64,000 nt of DNA from Basidiobolus meristosporus CBS 931.73. Lineage: Eukaryota > Fungi > Basidiobolomycota. Position numbers and translations under genes: made by a program. Of this stretch, positions 53,710-63,448 are shown piece by piece (the stretch's first letter is position 1; each line of letters starts with the position of its first letter). Location: positions 124,001 through 188,000 of the forward strand of contig MCFE01000061.1 of NCBI GenBank assembly GCA_002104905.1. The letters run 5' to 3'. A model generated the notes under the pieces. It was not told the DNA's origin, searched no databases, and worked only from the letters and a program-made list of their open reading frames with translations.

Positions 53710-54980
53710 TAATACTAAATAAGTTTGTAAATAAATCGATCTAATCATTGGCGTAGATTTGTAAGCATTTGATACCCAAGCTATGCTTTATGCGCATGTG
53801 CTTGAACCATCCAACCATTGTGTAGAGCAGATGTGGCACCAGCAGATCCGACGGGGGCCTTGTCGCAATTGGTACATATTGCAATGAGATTGTGCTCCAA
53901 ATATTACATTTGATAAGGATATCATACAAATGAGTATCTGGCCATGACAAATATATCACTTCCCAGTATTCTCTTCAATTACTACTCGGAGGTAATGGCA
54001 ATGAGGGACAGGCGTTTGGATGGGTTTAAAATTCTAAGCACTTGGTTAATTTGGAATCTACTCGTCTATATTTCGATCACATGAGCGTAGTAACAGCTAC
54101 CAAGCTTCTGCACCTTAGCCCTTAAATTATGCTTACAGTCGTCGATGCCTACTCAGCTCTGGTATCCTTACATCACCCGCCCACCCACTAGTCCGCACTG
54201 CTGCTGAATTGCATCATATGAATGAATGTGACATATTTGGCTCACTTATTGGGGCTAATGCTCGTCCAATTCGGTATCGAAGATTGTTGGTTTGTATATC
54301 AACGGATTGAAAAAGGAAACCATCCAAAATTATTGAATGCTTGGTATTATACACAGGTAAGGTTTGCTTGTCCCTTCCGCAGCTGCCCCAATAAGGCTGC
54401 AAACTTGAATATCTCGGCAGGATTTCCGCTGAGGACTACCACGTTCATACAGTGTCTTGATGGTATTCCACCTTGTTTCTCGCCAGAAATCATCTGTATG
54501 CTTGAGCTTCAGATTGTAACACTATGAGTTATACTTTAAACTGGCCAATGACTCCGGATTCTACAGAGCTGTATGCTTCATTGAGGTGGGATCATTTATT
54601 CTCTCCAGAGTTTCCAAGATCCTAATGAATTTGTAAATCTTGTACGACTATCAGACTTGGAATATTTGCTTGCATCCGATCTCTTCACTTCAAGCCTATG
54701 ATTTGATTTCTCTTTGTTTATGACCAACTATTTTGTACTCCTTGCAATTTATGAGACTATTGGTGAATGTCCTATATTTGGATATTCTTGAATACACATA
54801 TAATAATCACTAATCCTAGAATGCTCCCAGTAAATGTGGTTTTCTTGTTGGCTGACTTTTACTGGTATTTCCAATCATGTGAATTAAGGGTTTCATTGTA
54901 AGAGAAACTGTTTCAATGTTGCAAATATATAGAGTAGGCAGCACTTGCTACATGCATCTTAGAAGTGTTGTAATGGATAT

Positions 54981-55328
54981 TGTTGAAAGAGTTTTTGAGA
55001 TATTGGAAGTGATTGAGAGCACAAGTAGATTATGTGGTTTTCACTAAATGATTTATTGAATGTAAGAGTGGAATTTATACTTTTACATGGTCTTGGAAAA
55101 TATGCTTGTAGAATATGCTTAGGAAGGTGCCAAGAGCATTTGTGCAAAGCATGGGACTGCTTGGACAACTTTGGGAAATTTCATGCTCTGGGTACCTGAT
55201 GCTTTGGTGAAAATGTTGTATGTAAATCCCAACACGGAATTTGGTGAAAATTCTCCAAGATTTGTAGATCATGATCTAAATGACTAAGTAAGGTGGATAC
55301 TTGGGTGCAATTACAAATCTTTACAACA
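54981..55328 (-). mobile_element. Solo LTR of the copia family found at 55785
   Basis: TGTTG...CAACA termini and a 5-bp TSD GATAT/GATAC. The reverse complement aligns along its length with 55785-56116. Confidence 0.8.
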
Positions 55329-55784
55329 GATACAAGCACCATATGATATGTATGGTATTCTTGTAATAATTGAGTGCTGGAAATTCAATATTGATGTTGA
55401 ATACTCCACAAAGTTGGCCATGCAACTACCTGTAGAGCTCATAAGCCTAAATGCAAATAATCATACTACGCATATATTACCTTCAATATTATTCCTCTGA
55501 TATATACTATAATCTTCAAGATTAGGTAAACTTTGTAATATTGTTTGGATTTGTGCAGCAGATGATTTCTAAATCTTATAGTGAGTCCATAAGCCAGATC
55601 TTGGCCAGTATTATAGGATATAATGCAGTAGAATTATCTGAGCCATATTACTAAGCATCTGCACATGGGAATCCATAAAGTTCTAGATATGACCCTCATC
55701 AATACACATGTGCTATGAGGAGCTTCAAGAGCTCAATCCCTTTGAGAAATAATCTGATCCTGTGGGTGGATCTAAACTTGATTG

Positions 55785-58283
55785 TGTTGTAAAAATTTGG
55801 AATTCCACCTAAATATTCACCTAACTTAGTCACTTAGATCATTACCTTCAAGTCCTAAAGAATACTGACTAAATTCCTTGTTGGGATTTATTTAGAATAT
55901 TTACCCAGAACATAAAAATTAGATAAATTGTCCAAACAGCCCTAAACTTTGCACACATGTTCTTGGGGCCTTCCTTAGCCTATTCTACGTGTTTGTTATG
56001 CCAAGACAAGGTAAAAGTATAAATACTACTTTTACATTCAATAAGACATTAAGTGAATACCACATAATCTACTTATCCTCCCAATCACTTCCAATATCTC
56101 TAAGACTCTTACAATAGGCTATGGGTCCCAAGCTATCACTCTCTGCAATGTCAACTACTGCTATTACTGAAATTTTTCCCTCTGCTGTAAAGTTGGATGG
56201 ATCTAACTACCAAGTGTGGAAGGTCAAGATGAAGATGCTCAACAAGAAATAGGCCTTTGGGATATTGTCATGGGAGAAGATTGCCCTCCTAAAAATGTGG
56301 GAGAGGAAGCCTTGAAGTACCAGAAGAAAGAACAAAGAGCCTTCAACTGCATTTGCCTCAATGTTATAGACAAATTGCTAATTCAATGCTCAAGAGCAAA
56401 AATGGCAAAGAATGCCTGGAAGGCATTAGAAGACACCTACCAGTCATGTTCAGCTGCTAAGAAAATGTATCTGAGACAAAAATTCTTTACTACAAAGATG
56501 CAGCTGGTAGAAGAAATGAAAAATCTAACTAGCAGAATTACCCTGCCGGTAGATGAGATGGAATCTGTGGGCATACCAACTACTGATGAGGATGTGATAG
56601 TAACTATCCTGAATAGCCTGACAGACAAGTTTCAGGGCCTTGTATCAGCCCTAGAGTCCAGAACTGAAGATTTGACCTTAAATTACGTATATGGAAGGCT
56701 CCTGGATGAAGAATTAAGAAAATCAAGTGTCAATAAGAAGGAAGAAGAAAATGATTTAATAAGCAATGATAACCAACAAAGAAGGTACATAAGACCTTAC
56801 AAAGGCAATAGCAACCTGTTTTTCAACCTCTGCAAAAGGAAAGAACACACATCAGACCATTGTGTTTTGAATAGACACAAGGCAGGAGAGTAGGGCTAGG
56901 TAAGGCAGGACCAGGAAAGGACTTAGGTGTGGATCAACAAGGCAAGGCTGTTTATTCAAGACCTGTGTTTATCAGACTGAGGAATACATAAGGGGGGATA
57001 GGACTATATATACTTTTTGGCAATATGGATGCTGAGAGATATTGGCTAATACTGATGGGGTTCTGGGGTGAGGCACAGTAAGTGTGCCAAGATAGAATAT
57101 ACTAAAGAACAGACTGGAATATCACATGGAGATATGTCAGGGGTCAGCTGATCATGTAACTAGGTCATGTGATATGTAGTTAGCATATATGGCATGGGAC
57201 TACATAAACTCTAATGGGAAGCTTCCATAGAATGCTCCATTGTGTAACATTGACTTGGAGCTTTCAAGAAGTTGTTAGAATGTAGTAGAACTTTCTAGAA
57301 GGAACTGGGATTTCTTCACTGACTTGATTTGGCTAGATAATTGGAGACCAGGGATGTCATGTGATCATGACACAGTGTCTCAAAAAGAGAGATAATCAGC
57401 AAAAGAAGCCTGAAACTGGGAATACTACAACAACTGAAGATGGACTATTCATATCTGCACTAAATAGGACCACAAACAAGGACTCTCAGACGTGGTATAT
57501 TAGCTCTGGAGCATCTCAGCACTTTACACACCAAAAAGAACTATTTACCCAATATCAAGAAATTCCAATCAAGAAGGTTTTCATGGGTGACAATAGAACA
57601 CTTGATGCAGTGGGAGAAGGAACTATCCAAGTAAACCTCAGAAGCAGTGAAGGAAGCCATACATGAACCTTTAAAGAAGTACTTGATGTATCATAAATAG
57701 CCAAGAACCTACTATCTGTAAGCAAGGCCACAGCAGAAGGACTCAGTCTTGGCTTTGACTATTCAGGATGCAGGATCACTGATCAAAATGGTGCCCATAT
57801 TGCTTTGGGCATCAGAGATCAGAATCTATACAAGCTGACTTATATTCCATCATATTTGGAAGCCAATATAAGTAACTTAAATGAGGAAACACCAATGCTT
57901 TGGCACAGAAGATTTAGGCACATCAATTTTGATTATTTACACAAAATGATCAAATATCAGCTAATTTCTGGAGTAAAAATTGATCCCCCAGCTAATTTGG
58001 AGCACTGTGAAGCCTGCATATATGGGAAACAAGCCAGATAACTGTTCAAGAGCTCTAGGGTTATCAAAACTAAGAAAAAATTAGATCTAATTCACTCAGA
58101 TCTGTGTGGACCTACGCAAAATTTATCCTTAGGTGGGATGAAGTATTTAATCACTTTTATTGATGATTATATAAGATATACATGGGTCTACATCATGGAG
58201 AGAAACAAAGAAGCTCTGTCTAAGTTCAGGGAGTTTAAAGCCATGGTGGAGAGAGAAACTGGTGAAAAAGTTAAGATTACCTG
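55785..58283 (+). mobile_element. Degenerate, 3'-truncated Ty1/copia LTR retrotransposon (5' LTR 55785-56116, PBS, gag, PR, integrase start; no RT/RNase H)
   Basis: PBS GGCTATGGGTCCCA at 56117 (copia half-tRNA-Met type). gag KLDGSNYQVWKVKMKM from ATG 56148 with a frameshift, zinc knuckle, PR WYISSGASQHFT, GAG-pre-integrase LWHRRFRHIN, CEACIYGKQ, integrase LDLIHSDLCGP and FIDDY. In-frame stops present. Confidence 0.9.
56863..57372 (-). mobile_element. Solo LTR of an unrelated (probably gypsy-like) family nested in the copia gag
   Basis: TGT...ACA termini (minus strand begins TGTCATGATC) and TSD CATTG/CAGTG. Removing it restores the frame ...CKRKEHTSDHC-LKKRDNQQK. Confidence 0.75.
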
Positions 58284-58821
58284 ATATCAAGGTCAAGTAT
58301 TCCAGATAACCTCTTAAAATAATGTCTGAGAACATATTCTATAATCCTCTGAAAATGATCAGAGTTAGTAAGCTGGTGGAATATACAGGTTAGTAAGGTA
58401 TATTCCAGGTTTCTCCAATCCTACAGCTCCCAATATCTCAGGTAATAGCTTTTTGGCCAATAAGCACTACATTTTCCAGGTGGAGATTAGGTCCACTAAT
58501 TTTCATACCAAATCTGGCAGTCACCTGCTTACTGCTTGCACCAGAAATTGTAACTAATACCTTCCTGGAAAGTACATCATCAGAAGTGCCCCAAGTTTGA
58601 GATTTTCACAAGGTTAGGTGTTAAGTACAAAGTTAAAAACAAACCTTTAGAGATAGCTCACTACTGGGAATGCATTAAACATGTCAGTATCTTGAAAAAT
58701 CCTGTTGCTAGTTTATTGAGATACTTGGCTTCATAACCAGTCAGTATTATTCACTTCATTTGAACTTAACCAAGTAGTATAACTTACTGCTTACTCACCA
58801 ACATTCAAAGATAGCAGAATC

Positions 58822-59166
58822 TGTTGCAAATACAATAATTGCACCTAAATATTCATCTTACTTGACCACCTAGGCCATTACCTACAAGTGTCTAAGAATT
58901 CTGACACAATTCCTTGTCAAGATTGGCTTAGATTATGTTTAGGAAGATCCCAAGAACCTGTGTACAAAGCTTGGGGCTGCTTGAATAACCTTTAGAGATG
59001 TCTTGTTGTGGGTACCTGATGATTTGCAGATAATATTCTATGTATTTGTTTTGCCAAGACCATGCAAAAGAAAAAATCCATCTTTTACAACCCTAACCCT
59101 AAGTGAGAACCACATAATCTACTTGTTCAGCCAATCACATCCAATATCTCCAAGACTCTTACAACA
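58822..59166 (+). mobile_element. Third LTR of the copia family, carrying an internal inversion
   Basis: TGTTG...CAACA. Both ends align with 55785-56116 in the same orientation, while 58929-59040 aligns in reverse. No PPT or TSD seen. Confidence 0.75.
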
Positions 59167-60437
59167 AGATTTCTAGCATAGAAATGAGCAGGTTGAGTAA
59201 CAAGTTATCCAATAGCCACCTAAGATTATAACACATTTGATTGGCATTTGTCAGCTTGTTTCTGTATACAGATCTAGCAAACTCCACAACCGCAGTAATA
59301 TAAAAATTCAGCTTCTCAATCCACAAGCAAGAAAAACCTCTCAGCTGACCACAAACAGATTACTTTCAATCCCCTAGGGGCATGGGCATGCCAATGGCTC
59401 GCATAATTCATTCAAAGTGTAAGCGCTGAATCAAACAAACAATTGAATCACCAGTGGTTACATTTGTCAATTGGGTCATCAGCTCAAGGAATCTCACATT
59501 ATTGATCAAATGTTGTTTCAATGATCGAGTCAACTACAAAGTAGTCTACACATGCTATACATATATCTAAGTAATGGATATATGAGGTACCTTTTGGTCA
59601 CAATTGTCCGACCTATAAGATGAAATGATAGATATACATAAGCTCATCTGTTTGACAGCCAAGTCTTCCTCGCTGGAAGTCACCCAGTCCGGTTTGTGTC
59701 TCTTGATATCTACATCTGCGAAGGCATCCATGGTGCCACGGTACACAGTGTTGTAAAATTAAACCAAATGCCGCCTCATATTAAACCCTACTCGGTCCTT
59801 TTTGTAAGGAAGATATATATACAAGGGCCTGTCAAAGAATGTTCCGATGAGTGAAGGGAGTGAGCGCCAAAGTAGCAAGAGATGAGATAAATGGCAGTCT
59901 GGCCATGGTATTGGGTGGGGTACCACCAGAAATCGGAAATGTCCTCTGTAGACCAAACAACAAAGGTGCCATGGAATATTTTGGTGACACTACGAGTCAA
60001 TTCCTTTTATGGAATATTTACTCAACCATCGATCATCGATGATACCGAAAATCTTCTAATGTTTACCTAATATTTCATTCATATCTAGATAGCATCAACC
60101 CATTTTGGCTGGCCAAAAGCCTTTGCAGTGTGATCTCAATTGTTAGTTGATTGACGGCTCCGTAGCTAATTGAATGAAAACACATACGCACTCTCAAAGC
60201 TAAGATCCGAATTCCATACCAGGGGAAACTGGGATATGTCTCGCAGTTTGGTGCCCCTTCATGGAGGATAGATGAAGTAGCATTCGCCAACTCACTGATC
60301 ATAACTATACAATGGACGATGTAACAAAAGATTTGATTTCAGCAAAAGCCAACATACAACACACATGGGTCAACACAGTGGGAAAATTGGTAGCGAGGTA
60401 GCGAATGCGCATCAAATGCGAGTGACCATGGTGGGGG

Positions 60438-61700
60438 CTATTCATTGGTCCAAGCCTCCCAGTCTAGACTATGGATAGTGTCTTGCGATTGGGTCCGAAG
60501 TAGTGATACCAACCGGGCAATGTTCGAGCTGTAGCAACATATGAACTCCTCAGCTGTAGCTGCTAGTGTAATATCTGTGATAAGCTCAGCTGTTTGCTGG
60601 AACTGATGTTTCTCGCTAGTCACCTGGAAGTCAGCTGGCTTATAGCCTTGATGCTGCTCCAGTGGTGACCAACTGGTGGTACTTCTAGGGAGGTGAGTAA
60701 ATGCATCCGACAACCCGAATACCTCGATATTGTGATGGTGCGCCAAAAGGCTCCGCAACTCCAGCAGAGCATCATCATCATCACCGAGTACAAACAGGGC
60801 GATTTCTCTGTTGGGATACTTTGTACTGGATAATTCCTGGAGTTTCTCCACAAATACAGAAGTTTCTACTTTCTTTATCTCCCTCCGCAGCTTGTCTTTC
60901 CGATGAATATGCATCGAGATCAGAATCCGGTTGGAATCTTCCACATAATGTTTCCGAATGCTGTTCACCACATCCATGATGACTGGCTTCGGTTCCCACA
61001 ATGCCTGTGCGACGACCTTTTTTCTTGCATACACTGGCTGCTTGATTGTCGCGATTTGGTGGTAAAAATCATCAAAGTTCTCCCCTGAATGAACTACAAA
61101 CACATGGCCATTGAATCCTGGTTCTTGAATATCCTTTGGGGTACCTGATGCTTCGTGCCAGCGCTCTGCACCGGGAGAATAGGTGTCAAGAACAATTGGT
61201 GCGTGTGTGTCTTGCGAATAATCGTAGAAGAATGTAGACCACGATACATGGCACCACTCACGCGATTGTATGTGAAATGCAACATTATTATCGAGAGCGA
61301 AGAGGAACGCGCTGAACGCGTCGTTAATGTAGCTGCCGAAACCGGCGGTACACTTTGTCAGCATGAATGTAATGGAGGGCGTCTCTAGGGTGTAGTTGTG
61401 GGGTGGATAGGACTCTCTCAATACCTGAACATCGGATGAGTTATATAGAGGTCTGATCCAGGTTTCCTGCGGAATCTGCAGTCTGACTAAGAAGAACAAT
61501 ACCAGCATACAGCACAAGAAAAACATCAGGCTGCAAAGAAATCTAAGATATCTACGAGATGGTCTATAGCTATTTACTGGCGGTTCATTGCCTTCTTCGA
61601 AGCGAAGCAAACTCCATTTGTTTGTTTTCATTACATCGGCAGCTTTCCTTCTCCAGTAGCCCAAGGTGAGCTTGGGTGAATCAAACCAAAATTGATACAT
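60438..61700 (-). CDS. Alpha-1,6-fucosyltransferase-like (GT23/FUT8/NodZ-related) type II membrane glycosyltransferase, single exon
   Basis: TM anchor FLCSLMFFLCCMLVLFFLV. Motif I MHIHRKDK (cf. HVRRxDK), motif II LFVLGDD, motif III ITDITLAATAEEFICCYSSNIARL. Start could be 61700 or 61631. Confidence 0.8.
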   Translation of the reverse strand: MYQFWFDSPKLTLGYWRRKAADVMKTNKWSLLRFEEGNEPPVNSYRPSRRYLRFLCSLMFFLCCMLVLFFLVRLQIPQETWIRPLYNSSDVQVLRESYPPHNYTLETPSITFMLTKCTAGFGSYINDAFSAFLFALDNNVAFHIQSREWCHVSWSTFFYDYSQDTHAPIVLDTYSPGAERWHEASGTPKDIQEPGFNGHVFVVHSGENFDDFYHQIATIKQPVYARKKVVAQALWEPKPVIMDVVNSIRKHYVEDSNRILISMHIHRKDKLRREIKKVETSVFVEKLQELSSTKYPNREIALFVLGDDDDALLELRSLLAHHHNIEVFGLSDAFTHLPRSTTSWSPLEQHQGYKPADFQVTSEKHQFQQTAELITDITLAATAEEFICCYSSNIARLVSLLRTQSQDTIHSLDWEAWTNE

Positions 61701-62480
61701 AATTATTAAAAATGAGGAAAAAAACCCTGACGCTTGCGTATTTATAAGGGCCGAAGATATGCCAAGTTTGGCACAATCGCTACCCCTGCACCTGAAGTTG
61801 AATCTAGTGATTTCCTTACTGAATCTGGTCACACTTATTACCAAAGACAGCAAGTAGTCGGCATAACACCATCAGAAGAAGCCATTGTCACTTGCCCTCA
61901 TGCACTATCCAACCTACCCAAGAGTCCTCATATGCGGACCATGAACCCTTGTTCTCAGATACTGCGTTCTAGGGCCAAGTGAACAGTTGGTTCCATGTAT
62001 GATTAGTTCCGTGATGCCTTGATGGTCAATGCAAGTTATTCCTGGGCAAGCATCGGTCACCAAGTCTTATATATGTGATCTGTGATATTGCACAAGTGAG
62101 CGATGTAGGAATGCTCTAATCACAACATATTCCACAGTGTATAGAAGTGATGAGAACTGGCTCACATCTTCTATTGAGATGACGCCGGGGTAAGCGGAAA
62201 CTTGGAGCTGATTTGGGTATTTAGGCGCCACTGTGCAGTTGATAAATCAGCTAATGGTGATCTATTTCATCTAATTGGTAGGCCCCCAAACTACAGGATC
62301 GTGTTGAGAGTTGGCAACCGTAAAGACTCTTGCCATGCCATAACTGGAAATTAACATTACAAGATATTGTGGTATTCACCACAGTGCGAAATCCAAGATA
62401 AGTATGGTAAAATACTTGAGTTATACTTACCCCCAAAGTACTTGATCCCAGGACCCTGATTTCATACAACAATGAATATT

Positions 62481-62648
62481 AGGGGGGATGAAAGTCACCA
62501 GGTGTTGAAATTTGTACGGTTGCTGATATGTGGCCAGAATGGCCAGTAGACTGGGGGCCCTGAGAGGAGTTTCTTGGCAACTACCGGCCAAGTTTACTAG
62601 GCAAATATGACCAATTAGTATTTCAGGGATTTCAGCCAATATAGCTTC
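62481..62648 (-). mobile_element. Unit 1: diverged, 5'-truncated SINE variant
   Basis: Starts ttAGGGGGGatgaaagtcacc (shared 3' tail), then aligns with 63180-63308 of the full SINE. Confidence 0.7.
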
Positions 62649-62730
62649 AGGGGGGAGACAGTCACCTGCAGGTGATATCTTTATTTCAGTTGAAACAAAG
62701 AAGCCAGTATTACTGTTGTAACTTTTATTT
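62649..62730 (-). mobile_element. Unit 2: ~80-bp 5'-truncated copy of the LINE 3' end
   Basis: AGGGGGGagacagtcacctgcaggtgatatctttatttcagttgaaacaaagaagccagtattactgttgta aligns with 63450-63525. Confidence 0.8.
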
Positions 62731-62918
62731 AGGGGGGAGGAAAGTCACCAAGTGGTGAAATCTTTATTTACTTATGACAAGTATCTAAAGAAGCCAAGTT
62801 AATCTGAGGTAATTCCTAGAAAGCTAGGTCTGAGAGATATCTTCCTGGTAAGCCAGGTCTGAGAGTTGAGAAGCTGAGTGGTACTATATTTCCTAGTTAG
62901 CTAGGTCTGAGAGAGGTT
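62731..62918 (-). mobile_element. Unit 3: 5'-truncated SINE copy
   Basis: Matches 62931-63119 except two substitutions and one G of the G-run. Confidence 0.88.
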
Positions 62919-62934
62919 AGGGTTAGGGTTAGGG
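62917..62934 (+). repeat. (TTAGGG)3 telomeric-type repeat
   Basis: gagaggTTAGGGTTAGGGTTAGGGggggag read directly. Confidence 0.9.
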
Positions 62935-63448
62935 GGGGAGGAAAGTCACCAAGTGGTGAAATTTTTATTTACTTATGACAAGTATCTAAAGAAGCCAAGT
63001 TAATCTGAAGTAATTCCTAGAAAGCTAGGTCTGAGAGATATCTTCCTGGTAAGCCAGGTCTGAGAGTTGAGAAGCTGAGTGGTACTATATTTCCTAGTTA
63101 GCTAGGTCTGAGAGAGGTTTCCTGGAAAGCCAGGCCTGAGAAGTGAGAATCTGAATATATCTGAACTAAGTTATACTGGTTTGCGGTAGCTGAATTGTGG
63201 CCGGAATGGCCAGTAGACTGGGGGAACTGAGAGGAATTTCTGGGCAATCACTGGCCATATTTACTAGGCAAATCTGGCCAATTAGCATTTCAAGGATTTC
63301 AGCCAATCAGAGCCTTTACTTTGCCCGATGGTTGATCAAGCCATCTCCCAATGAGCACACATCAATTTATTAATCAAATTTTGCTGGATCCAGGATTTGA
63401 ACCCACAACCATGGGTATGGAAGGGTTAGGGATAACCACAAGGCTAAG
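62932..63448 (-). mobile_element. Unit 4: near full-length tRNA-derived SINE (~520 bp)
   Basis: A-box-like TAGCCTTGTGG (63436-63446), B box GGTTCAAATCC (63393-63403) and acceptor-like TCCAGCA. No run of 4 or more T on the transcribed strand. 3' tail shared with the LINE. Confidence 0.78.

Noticed and set aside
59091-59103. AACCCTAACCCTAA inside the third LTR
   Set aside because: Only two repeats, at a position where sister LTRs have related non-telomeric sequence; probably local slippage.
55785-59166. Treating LTRs 55785 and 58822 as the two ends of one intact copia insertion
   Set aside because: They are visibly diverged, flanks give no TSD (GATTG vs AGATT), and there is no PPT or RT/RNase H between them.
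59600-60302. Coding-like minus-strand fragments (e.g. FYNTVYRGTMDAFADVDIKRHKPDW)
   Set aside because: Frames are broken and no family is recognisable; may be a pseudogene but cannot be supported.
62731-63180. Hammerhead ribozyme (Penelope-type) or CRISPR-like array in the CTGAGA repeats
   Set aside because: No CUGANGA core on the transcribed strand; repeats are irregularly spaced, lack unique spacers, and the genome is eukaryotic.
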